A stretch of 64,000 nt of DNA, from contig JAFEGD010000122.1 of NCBI GenBank assembly GCA_018240245.1, positions 1,901 to 65,900 of the forward strand, in the 5' to 3' direction. Shown piece by piece: positions 32,602 through 40,792 of the stretch (the first letter of the stretch is position 1; each line of letters begins with the position of its first letter). Position numbers and translations under genes: made by a program. Under the pieces are notes generated by a model. The model had not been told where the DNA came from and did not search any database. It worked only from the letters and a program-made list of their open reading frames with translations. The stretch is from Spirochaetota bacterium. Lineage in GTDB: Bacteria > Spirochaetota > Leptospiria > Turneriellales > Turneriellaceae.

Positions 32602-33789
32602 CTAAACAAACAATGATTTGAATTCGTCGAATACAATCGCCGCGTCGCGCGGGCCGGGTGCCGCTTCGGGGTGGTACTGCACGCTCAAAATTTTATACTT
32701 GTCGCCGAGGATTCTGAAACCTTCGGCGCTCAAATCGTTCGCATTGATTTCAAAGTTCGCCGCCGGAATTGCATTCTTCAATGCATCTTCGGCGACAGCG
32801 AAGCCGTGGTTCTGCGATGTGATAATCACTTGCTTGCGATAATCCGCTTTGACGGGTTGATTGCCGCCATGGTGGCCGAATTTTAGTTTGTACGTTTGCG
32901 CTCCTAAGGCGAGTGCGAGCATCTGGTGCCCTAAGCAAATGCCCAAGCAGGGTTTGCCGGTGTCGATCAATTGCCGAATATTTTGAACGCCGCGTTCGAC
33001 GACTGCCGGGTCGCCGGGGCCGTTACTAAAGAAGAAGCCGGCGTAGTCGCTTGCATGAAATGACTGTTGATCGGCGAGAGCGATATCGCCGGCAAATACT
33101 TGCGGATTGAACCCTGCGGCGATGAGTTCGCGCAGAATGTTATATTTAATGCCGAAGTCGAGCACGGCGATTGGCTTCAGCTTGGTTTGATCGATTTTTT
33201 TTGTAGCGAAATAATGCGCGACGAAGCGATTGGCCGCGACGCCGTCGAAATCGGCAACGAGGTTGAGGCCTTCCATGACTGGGCGCGCGGTAACTTTTGC
33301 GGCAAGCGCTTCGGCTTCTGCCTGATTTTTGGGAGCGGCAAAGATGCCCGCAGTCTGTGCTCCGCCGTCGCGAATCTTGCGCACGACCGCGCGGGTATCG
33401 ATATCGCTGATTCCCGTGACACCTTGCTCGGATAGGAAAGTCGCGACCGGTTTATTGCTACGAAAATTACTCGGTATTTCGCACAGGTCGCGTACGACGA
33501 CACCCGACAGCCACGATTTTATCGACTCGTTGTCGTCGTCGTTCACGCCATAATTGCCGAACGAAGGGTACGTAAAGCAAACGATTTGGCCTAAATAGCT
33601 GGGGTCGGTGAGTACTTCTTGGTAGCCCGACATTGCGGTCTGAAAAACCGCTTCGCCGAAGACACCGTCGGGCGCGGCTTTTGCGCCAAAGAGGCGACCG
33701 TGAAACAATGTGCCGTCCGAAAAAGCGAGAACCCCTTTATCGGCTGCGGTTTGCATGCCGACATCTTCAAGACGCGCGACACGCGGCAA
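32602..33789 (-). CDS. carA: Carbamoyl-phosphate synthase small (glutamine amidotransferase) subunit
   Basis: The GATase triad context PCLGICLGHQMLALALG, plus SQNHGFAV and VQYHPEAAPGP. An alternative start is the Met at 33756. Confidence 0.92.
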   Translation of the reverse strand: MPRVARLEDVGMQTAADKGVLAFSDGTLFHGRLFGAKAAPDGVFGEAVFQTAMSGYQEVLTDPSYLGQIVCFTYPSFGNYGVNDDDNESIKSWLSGVVVRDLCEIPSNFRSNKPVATFLSEQGVTGISDIDTRAVVRKIRDGGAQTAGIFAAPKNQAEAEALAAKVTARPVMEGLNLVADFDGVAANRFVAHYFATKKIDQTKLKPIAVLDFGIKYNILRELIAAGFNPQVFAGDIALADQQSFHASDYAGFFFSNGPGDPAVVERGVQNIRQLIDTGKPCLGICLGHQMLALALGAQTYKLKFGHHGGNQPVKADYRKQVIITSQNHGFAVAEDALKNAIPAANFEINANDLSAEGFRILGDKYKILSVQYHPEAAPGPRDAAIVFDEFKSLFV

Positions 33790-33841
33790 AGCGTTAAGTG
33801 ACTAGGCGGAAACTCGCTGGCGCGATTTCCCGTATAGTCAC

Positions 33842-35197
33842 TTAATACAACTTCAATTCGCGCGCGAGTTCGAAAATATTACCGACTTCTTTTTGCCGCT
33901 GAATCAGCGCGTCTTCGGATAAAATTTTACGCACCGCCGCTTCGGGCAAATTTTGCATGCGGTGAAAATTCTCGCGATAAAATCGCAACGGCAGTTTGCG
34001 GCAAAAAATATGGCTTTGAAAATAAAAGACTTGGTGTGCGATCAGAAATCGCATCGTATCGTAATCGTCGACGGCTTCGGCGGTGATAATCGCCTCGCGG
34101 TTGTCGGCAAGGCGAATACAGTAGTCGATAAACGCGAGGTTGTCGAGAAATTTTGTCTGGTCTTCTTCGGGCTTGAACTTGAAGCTGATCGGGTCGAGTT
34201 TGAACTCTTTAATCATCTCGCCGAGATCGAGAATCACTTGATGGCTCTGGCTTTTGACGCCGAAGTCGTCGGCGGCAAAAGAAATACCAAATTGAAAAAA
34301 ATAATGGCAGACGTCTTTGAGTTTAATCTCTTTTTCTTCGTACGGCTTCTCGACAAGCTCTAAACGCACATTTTGTGGATTCAGTTTTTGCCGTGTGAGT
34401 AGCTCGTTAAAACGAAATACTTTCTCGGCCGACGGAAAAGTGTCGATGAGCGTCTGCGGCGAGACGTTAAACTTCAAGAGGCCGGGCGCTTCGTGGCAGG
34501 CAGCGACAATTTTTTCTAAAATTAGAAGCTCGATACGGTTGGTATCTTGGTCGTTCGGTATGTCGCGCAAGAGCTCGGCATAGCTTGCATAGAGTTCGCC
34601 GCCGACGAATACCTCGCCGCCCTTGACCGAATACGTTTCTTTTTTTGCATCGAAATGAATAATCGGTTGAATTACCGCATTCGCCTCGACGTTGGCGAAA
34701 TAGTCGTTCGCGCGGTTGAGGTATGTCCAGCTCCAGCGGACAAGATTATCTTTGAGATTCTTATGCGCCGCCTGCACTAATTCGTCGAAAATTTCTTGCG
34801 CATCGGAAATATAGTTACATTGAGTGCGACCGATGCCGAAGTCGAAGCTCCCATCGCCGTCTTTCGGTGCCTCGCCGTGGTATTTGCCCATCGCGCCGTC
34901 GATATTCGGCAAGAAGCCCGGCGCATCGTCTGCGGGTACAATGCCGACGTAAAACCGCTGCTCGTCGCCGAGCACGTACATCTGTATCGACTGGTTGGTC
35001 TCGGTGTTGACGCGGCGAACAAAATCGGGAATTTTTTTAAGGAACTCGTCGATGCGCATGCCCTTGAGATTTTCGACGAGCATGAGAAAGAGTGGCTTAC
35101 CGCGATTGCGATCGATGAACGTCGCACGAAAATTTTTTTCGGCATCGGCGAAACCGAAATTCTCGACAGTCTTTTGTAGAATCGAACGCAATTGCAC
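33842..35197 (-). CDS. Protein with a divergent C-terminal EAL-type (c-di-GMP phosphodiesterase-like) domain and an unknown N-terminal domain
   Basis: Ordered EAL-domain landmarks: IQPIIHF...GGEVFVG (EVF in place of EAL), RLELVE, FAADDFGVKSQS, IKEFKLDP, ITAEAVDD, YFQSHIF. Confidence 0.6.
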   Translation of the reverse strand: MQLRSILQKTVENFGFADAEKNFRATFIDRNRGKPLFLMLVENLKGMRIDEFLKKIPDFVRRVNTETNQSIQMYVLGDEQRFYVGIVPADDAPGFLPNIDGAMGKYHGEAPKDGDGSFDFGIGRTQCNYISDAQEIFDELVQAAHKNLKDNLVRWSWTYLNRANDYFANVEANAVIQPIIHFDAKKETYSVKGGEVFVGGELYASYAELLRDIPNDQDTNRIELLILEKIVAACHEAPGLLKFNVSPQTLIDTFPSAEKVFRFNELLTRQKLNPQNVRLELVEKPYEEKEIKLKDVCHYFFQFGISFAADDFGVKSQSHQVILDLGEMIKEFKLDPISFKFKPEEDQTKFLDNLAFIDYCIRLADNREAIITAEAVDDYDTMRFLIAHQVFYFQSHIFCRKLPLRFYRENFHRMQNLPEAAVRKILSEDALIQRQKEVGNIFELARELKLY

Positions 35198-35372
35198 TAC
35201 GCTGCCTTATGGGTTTGCCCAACTCTGCGTAAAGGTCAAATTGCTGGGTATAAATCGGCGGGACTGCATACGATAGGGCTGTGGCTCAGTAGTTTAATTG
35301 CCCCCAGCAAGGAGGAGTGCCAAAAAGAACAAATGTTTACGAACAAAATAACTATAGGACTCTCAGCGCATT

Positions 35373-36380
35373 TTAGTTATTACTCAGTTGCACAACCTTC
35401 GTATCGAGCCCCAATTTTCGTCGCGCGTCTTGAATCGCGCGCGCGCGCGAATAGGGCGCCTTTTCGGCTGCGGGTAGCGTATCAAAATTGGCGATGAGAC
35501 AGAGTTGCGGCGCACGCAAGATTTCGGGCATCAGTCGCGCCGCCAGCGCCATTTCGCGCGCGGCATACGCGCGTGCCGCATCGCTAAAAAGAGGGCGCCC
35601 TTGCGCATCTTTCATGCCGAGCAGACGATAGTTCTCGGCGACGACCTTGAGATCGAGCAAGCCAATCGCCGAAAACGATTGGAGCGATTTGCGCGTTATG
35701 AGCTCCAACGAATTGACGCCCCGCAAATCGGGGGGATTGATAACGGCGACGCAATTTTCTTTGAGTTCGATTCTTTGGCCGAATCGATACGCGCGCATCA
35801 AATCGTAAGTAGAAACTCCGCCGAGCGTCTGTTGGCGCTTGAGGTATTGTAATGGGCTTGCGAGCGAAGTTGCGATCGCGAAAAAAAAGACGGTCGCGAC
35901 GACAGTGAGAATGGTTTTTGTTAGCAGCGCATAGTTTTGCCGCCACGGAAATAGTCGCCGCAGCAAACGTACTGCGACGATCAGTAAAAGCCACGCGCTC
36001 GACCACACGAGTATCGGTTCGCCCCAAAAGGGCACTGCGGCGGCGAAGGCGATAAACACGAGTTGCGTCACCAGGCGCGCGCGCGTTAAGAGCGCCGCTT
36101 GCAATAGCAGAATCAAACCCCACCAAACGCGGCTGCCGATTCCGCCGATCACCGCGAGCATAAAGTTTGCCGCAAAGCCGAGCGGTTTTTCAAACAGCGC
36201 CGCGTCGCGATATTGGTAGAAGAGTAAAGTATCGAGGCCGACGCGCCGCTCTGCCGCGAGCGAAAGCGTATTTTCGAGCGGCGTGCCGGTAATAAGCAGC
36301 CAGAGCGCGAGGAGGGCAAAAACGGCAACGACGACAACCGCGCGCCCTTGTCTTATTTTCAGTTCGCTGTTCTGTATCAT
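35373..36380 (-). CDS. Polytopic membrane protein (about 5-6 TM) with a ~150-aa C-terminal soluble domain; third gene of the MNIO operon
   Basis: Hydrophobic segments AVVVVAVFALLALWLLITG, FAANFMLAVIGGIG, VWWGLILLLQAALL, LVFIAFAAAVPFWG, ILVWSSAWLLLIVAV and ILTVVATVFFFAIATSLA. The start overlaps the upstream stop by 4 nt. Confidence 0.65.
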   Translation of the reverse strand: MIQNSELKIRQGRAVVVVAVFALLALWLLITGTPLENTLSLAAERRVGLDTLLFYQYRDAALFEKPLGFAANFMLAVIGGIGSRVWWGLILLLQAALLTRARLVTQLVFIAFAAAVPFWGEPILVWSSAWLLLIVAVRLLRRLFPWRQNYALLTKTILTVVATVFFFAIATSLASPLQYLKRQQTLGGVSTYDLMRAYRFGQRIELKENCVAVINPPDLRGVNSLELITRKSLQSFSAIGLLDLKVVAENYRLLGMKDAQGRPLFSDAARAYAAREMALAARLMPEILRAPQLCLIANFDTLPAAEKAPYSRARAIQDARRKLGLDTKVVQLSNN

Positions 36381-37945
36381 GCGAGAATGCCTGGGAGCGC
36401 TAAAATACGAAAAACTTTTTTCACCGCTGCCGCCGTGATTTTTTTCTGTACTTCGGCGGTGGTAATGTAATCGGCGAGTAGGCGCGGCTTTGCGAGCCCC
36501 GCGATAAAATCGAATTCGGCGCGGCTCAAGATTTTGGCTTCAACTGCAAACGTGCGACGGTAGAGCAAAACGTATTGCGGTGTTTGCGTTGGCCTTTTGA
36601 CGAGCCTTAAACTTGCGGCGGCTGTATTGTGGAACAACGTAGTGGCGCTCGACCACAAATAGGCGTTCTTGGAGAGGCGAACTTTACCCGCAAACAAATC
36701 TTGCGGGCTTTGGTCGAGCGCTTGGCAATAAAGGTTATAGCGAGCAAGTTCGAGCAGCGCCAGATCGGCAAGGTAGGGTCGATGCGGAAAGTGCTTCTGC
36801 AAGAAACGCGGTAAATCTTCGCCATAGCGCCCTAAGTCGGCGTGCGTCGGTGTGTGCGCGGCGATATATTTTTGCGCTAGTCGCAAAAAGGCTTTGTCGC
36901 CTAAGCTTGCTTTCACGAGAAAATATTTTTCTTCAAGCGCCTGCGTGTGGCGCAGCGTATGCGCGGTGCGGTAGACTTTCTGCGCGCCCGTGGGCGTAAG
37001 ACTACCCGCCGCGCGCTCGCCGCGCTCGGCTTTGCGCGAATAGATATATTTTTGCCAGCGCGTTTCTTCTTTTAGACGCTTTCGGGTGGCAGCGCCACCT
37101 GAATGCATTTTATTGGCATAGCGCGCAGGCATCGGTTTCGGTGTTAGCGACTGCGCGCGCAAAATTTCGCGTTCGAGCACTCGAAAAGAAGGAATCGCCG
37201 CGTCGCGCTCGAGACTAACGGGCTTGTCGCCAATGTGGTAGCGCGCCTCGCGGTAAAGTTGTAGCACAGGAGACGAAATTTTCGCCGCGTGCGTATCGAA
37301 GAGATGCGTTGCTAAATCGGTGAAGCCCGCCAAATGATAGCCGGCGACATGTGCGGGATTAATCCCCCGGATAAAACGGCGCGCGTTGTAGCGAAAGTTC
37401 GTCGCGTTGACGAAGACGTTGTTGATATCGAGCAGAATCTTGCAGCCCGATTTTTCGGCGATAAAATTCAGAAACTCGACTTCGCTCATTTCGTTGTGCG
37501 GGTACTCCATATACGCCGAAATATTTTCGAAGACGAGCGTGCGCTTGAGGTACGCTTGCGCGGCATCGATATTTTGCACGGCACGCTTGGCCATCGCATG
37601 CGTCAGCGGCAGCGGCAACAGCTCGTGGTACTCTTCGCGGCCAAAACGCGAAAAGCAAAAATGATCGGAGATTTGAAACGGTTCGATGCGTTCGGCGAGA
37701 CCGCGAATTTTTTTTAGTAGTTCGCGGCGCACGCCGTCGACGCTGCCGATTGAGAGCGCGACGCCGTGCAGCGCCACGGGATATTTTTTGCGAATTTCAG
37801 TCAGTACGTAGAGCGGCGCGCCGGTGGTATCGATAAAGTTTTCGGTGATCGCCTCAAACCAACCGATGTCGGTTTGGGGCTCTGTCAGCAAAAAGTTAAA
37901 ATGCTCGCCTCTGAGGCCGAGCCCGACTAGATTTTTCGGGGTCAC
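36377..37945 (-). CDS. Fusion protein: DUF692 multinuclear non-heme iron oxidase (MNIO; MbnB/BufB-like) + DUF2063 (BufC/MbnC-like partner) domain
   Basis: N-terminal ~280 aa carry the DUF692 landmarks GLGLRGEHF, WFEAITENF, VALHGVALSIGS, QISDHFCF, LVFENISAYM, ILLDINNVFVNA and GYHLAGF. The C-terminal ~230 aa follow the DUF2063 pattern (...LGDKAFLRLAQKYIAAHTPTHADLGRYGEDLPRFL...PYLADLALLELARY). The GTG start overlaps the precursor stop (GTGA). Confidence 0.85.
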   Translation of the reverse strand: MTPKNLVGLGLRGEHFNFLLTEPQTDIGWFEAITENFIDTTGAPLYVLTEIRKKYPVALHGVALSIGSVDGVRRELLKKIRGLAERIEPFQISDHFCFSRFGREEYHELLPLPLTHAMAKRAVQNIDAAQAYLKRTLVFENISAYMEYPHNEMSEVEFLNFIAEKSGCKILLDINNVFVNATNFRYNARRFIRGINPAHVAGYHLAGFTDLATHLFDTHAAKISSPVLQLYREARYHIGDKPVSLERDAAIPSFRVLEREILRAQSLTPKPMPARYANKMHSGGAATRKRLKEETRWQKYIYSRKAERGERAAGSLTPTGAQKVYRTAHTLRHTQALEEKYFLVKASLGDKAFLRLAQKYIAAHTPTHADLGRYGEDLPRFLQKHFPHRPYLADLALLELARYNLYCQALDQSPQDLFAGKVRLSKNAYLWSSATTLFHNTAAASLRLVKRPTQTPQYVLLYRRTFAVEAKILSRAEFDFIAGLAKPRLLADYITTAEVQKKITAAAVKKVFRILALPGILA

Positions 37946-38205
37946 ATCTCCATCGTCATCGCTTGAAATTTACCTTTCTTCGCTTTGCACTCGGCGGCAG
38001 TCATTTTTTTCCAACCTTGGCCTTTGCATGCATTCATGCCCGCACAACTATGCGCTTTGCTGCCGCAATCGCCTTGGCCTTTGCAGCCGTTGATGCCGTG
38101 GCATTCGCCTTTTTTCGCTTTGCTCTTCGCTTCTTTTGCGCCGACACCGCCGGCAAGTGCGATACCCGCGAGCGCTGCAGTCATGAGTAGACTTGTTTTT
38201 TTCAT
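37942..38205 (-). CDS. Bufferin-like RiPP precursor peptide (Sec signal peptide + Lys-rich 6-Cys core)
   Basis: MKKTSLLMTAALAGIALAGGVGA|KEAKSK... gives a signal peptide with an AxA-like site. The core has six Cys in the duplicated module C-H-G-I-N-G-C-K-G-Q-G / C-A-G-M-N-A-C-K-G-Q-G. An SD-like AAGGGGA lies ~9 nt upstream. It sits directly 5' of the MNIO gene. Confidence 0.8.
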   Translation of the reverse strand: MKKTSLLMTAALAGIALAGGVGAKEAKSKAKKGECHGINGCKGQGDCGSKAHSCAGMNACKGQGWKKMTAAECKAKKGKFQAMTMEM

Positions 38206-38323
38206 TGCTGAGTTTCCCCTTTATGTCGTTAATGAACTAATCATGTACGCAGGCGCGATGTGGTGGAAAGCGTAAATCTGGTGGTCGGCATGTCGAAAGA
38301 ATACTCTATAGCAATATCTATCT

Positions 38324-39619
38324 ATGCTTAACAAGAATATACCGACCCTTGCATTGCTACTTGCGGCTACAGCGTGGCTTGCCAGTTGCGCTTCGATCGA
38401 TCTTTTGCCAAAGATTATCGCTCCCCCTGTAGCTAAAGAGCAAATAAAACCCAAACCCGCAAAGAAAGTGGCGGCGATGCAGACAACCCTACCGGGGATT
38501 GAAACCGTACTGGCGCATCCGATTGTGGCGAAAGATAAAGATCGCTTTTTTGATTGCGTCGAAAATTCGGCGGCGACGCGCCCCATCCATTTCCCAATTC
38601 CCGAATTTCAATTTTTTGATGCCGACGAGCATACCAAGCGCCGTTTCTATCTTACCGAAGAGAACGGTTGGCCGTTTGTCGTCGGTTACCACGCGACCGA
38701 GCGCGCAATGCCCAACGGCACTTGGGTCGTGGCGATGCGCGGTGAGGCGTCGGCGTTTCATAAGTCGGCGCTGTCGTCGCCCTTAATCTCTTTGATGGAG
38801 ACTCTACCCGGCGCTGCGCTCATCACGGTCGACGAATATATCTATAACGGCAAAAACGGCGAACACAAGCGGTTGAATCCGATTTGCCATCGCAGCGTTT
38901 ATGGCTCGCGCTACATCGGCCCTGAAACCCCCGGCTTTGAAAACGGGGGAGCGACCCGCGTGCTACGAAAAATATTACCGATGAAGAACCCCGTTGTGTT
39001 CGTTTCGTATAGTAACGCAACGTCGCCGCGCGGCGAATTTGTCGCGCGTAAGTTACGCGGCAGAGAAAAAATCGATTACCGTGCGTTTCGCGACCCGAAA
39101 GAATTTTTGACAGCCTACATCTTGAAAACAAGTTTCAACGAGAACGTTTACGCCGGTATCAAAGGTTTTGTCGATATCGAAGGTAACTTTGAATATACCA
39201 AATCGTTTTGGGATCTCATGGCGTTCATCAAATTAGAAATTGAGCGCAACCCTAAAAAATTTTTTTACAGCGCCGTGCGTGTCGAGAAGCCCGACGCTTT
39301 TCCAGTGCAGACGACGATGATTCGGTTATTTAGCCTCAAGGGTGTCGAAGGCAACGATGGCGTTATTCGTTACAAAAATCCTGCGGGCAATATCGTGATC
39401 GATGTCTTAACGAACCCGTACCAGCCGCATTATGCGGGCGTGGGCGGCGATTTGCGCCATACGACACAATTTACTCCGGCAGATGCAAAAACTGTTCACC
39501 GCGCATACGTTTCTCACATTGGCATGCCCGCATGGACGCTCAAGCGCATCGCGAGCACAACGAAATTTTTTGATAAGGAGATGCAGCGGTACCCACAGAA
39601 AGCAATGCTTAATCCATGA
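38324..39619 (+). CDS. Predicted lipoprotein, unknown function (431 aa)
   Basis: Lipobox TAWLASCAS. Divergently transcribed from the MNIO operon. No recognised domain. Confidence 0.6.
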   Translation: MLNKNIPTLALLLAATAWLASCASIDLLPKIIAPPVAKEQIKPKPAKKVAAMQTTLPGIETVLAHPIVAKDKDRFFDCVENSAATRPIHFPIPEFQFFDADEHTKRRFYLTEENGWPFVVGYHATERAMPNGTWVVAMRGEASAFHKSALSSPLISLMETLPGAALITVDEYIYNGKNGEHKRLNPICHRSVYGSRYIGPETPGFENGGATRVLRKILPMKNPVVFVSYSNATSPRGEFVARKLRGREKIDYRAFRDPKEFLTAYILKTSFNENVYAGIKGFVDIEGNFEYTKSFWDLMAFIKLEIERNPKKFFYSAVRVEKPDAFPVQTTMIRLFSLKGVEGNDGVIRYKNPAGNIVIDVLTNPYQPHYAGVGGDLRHTTQFTPADAKTVHRAYVSHIGMPAWTLKRIASTTKFFDKEMQRYPQKAMLNP

Positions 39620-39640
39620 AAATAATCCGCCCGATAAGCA

Positions 39641-40792
39641 ATGAAGATTCGCCCTAGTTTTTCTGTTTTTTTTGCGGTTACAACTTTATTTTTCACACTT
39701 TCTTGTTCGAGCAGCAATATTCTCAGGGTAACGCCCGAGCATCAAGAATATCTGCGGCATGTCGACGACGACGTCTTTCGCGACGGCGGCATCGAACGGC
39801 TCTTCACGAACCTAGGCACCGAAGGCGATATAATTTGTAACATGATTTTGGGGTATGCTCCATACGATGCGGCGACTGCGCAATCGTTTTCAACGACGCT
39901 CAATTTTCAGAAAACGCCGAAACAAAAATGGTACGATAACGTTATTCCCTCGCTCATCGCGGGTTGCTTTAATTTTTACAAGATGAACGACCGCGGAGTG
40001 CATACGGTGTTCGCGCTTTTAGAGAAACTATATCCCGAACCCAAAGACTGCTATACGGTTGGGTTTTCGCAATATTATTTAATGCGTCAGTTTATGCGTT
40101 GCGACCGTTTGACTGCGATCGACGCCGATTGGCGTATTCTCAAAGCGCATTACGATTTTCATCAGCAGATTCGTAAAAAAGATCTGGGTGCTGATGCGCT
40201 TTCGCTATTACGCAATATCGAACTTGCGTGGGTCGCGCACTTCGATGTGAGACCAGAACCGCGCGAGAGTGTCCGCAACGAAGTCAATTTCTGTATGCAA
40301 ACCGAGCGTGCGTATTGCTTGCGCGCCTTCGACGCCTTTGTCGCTTTGCCCGAATTGCCCAAGAGCGAACTATTGCTCGGCTTTATTCACGATGCGGAGT
40401 TCAAACCGCGTAGAAATAATATGAGCGTGGTTTTTGCGAGTAATGCGCTCGATGTCGATTACACTAGCAAAGAAAAATTCGACAAAATGCTTGCGGCAAT
40501 GAAAAACTATTTGCCCGAAGGCAAGCGCGTTGCCGTGATTTATCAAGCGGGCGACAGCGAAGATATTGCGGCGTATGAAATGCTCAAAGGCGAGGGCGAC
40601 ACATTCGAGGTGTCTATTCGTTGCCGAGACAATATTCGCTGGTCCGATCGTTATATTAAGCTTATGCGCGACAAACCGATTGTTACATGGTTCGATAAAC
40701 TCTTAGATTATCGCTCGCTGAAGGGAGTGCCGCGCTGTCATGCGGGCGGTACGCGCCGCTACGTCACCGACCCGTCGAAGAAAAAAATATAA
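39641..40792 (+). CDS. Predicted lipoprotein, unknown function (383 aa)
   Basis: Lipobox FFTLSCSSS. Lies 21 nt after the preceding lipoprotein gene. It has segments that look alignable with the C-terminal half of the 41568-43316 product. Confidence 0.6.
   Translation: MKIRPSFSVFFAVTTLFFTLSCSSSNILRVTPEHQEYLRHVDDDVFRDGGIERLFTNLGTEGDIICNMILGYAPYDAATAQSFSTTLNFQKTPKQKWYDNVIPSLIAGCFNFYKMNDRGVHTVFALLEKLYPEPKDCYTVGFSQYYLMRQFMRCDRLTAIDADWRILKAHYDFHQQIRKKDLGADALSLLRNIELAWVAHFDVRPEPRESVRNEVNFCMQTERAYCLRAFDAFVALPELPKSELLLGFIHDAEFKPRRNNMSVVFASNALDVDYTSKEKFDKMLAAMKNYLPEGKRVAVIYQAGDSEDIAAYEMLKGEGDTFEVSIRCRDNIRWSDRYIKLMRDKPIVTWFDKLLDYRSLKGVPRCHAGGTRRYVTDPSKKKI

Noticed and set aside
35192-35497. A + strand 101-aa ORF with an upstream AAGGAGGAG, lying in the gap between the EAL-type gene and the MNIO-operon membrane gene.
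   Set aside because: The SD-like run is ~14 nt from the internal ATG. The ORF overlaps the 3' end of the minus-strand membrane gene by 125 nt, and its translation is low-complexity (Arg/Ala-rich tail).
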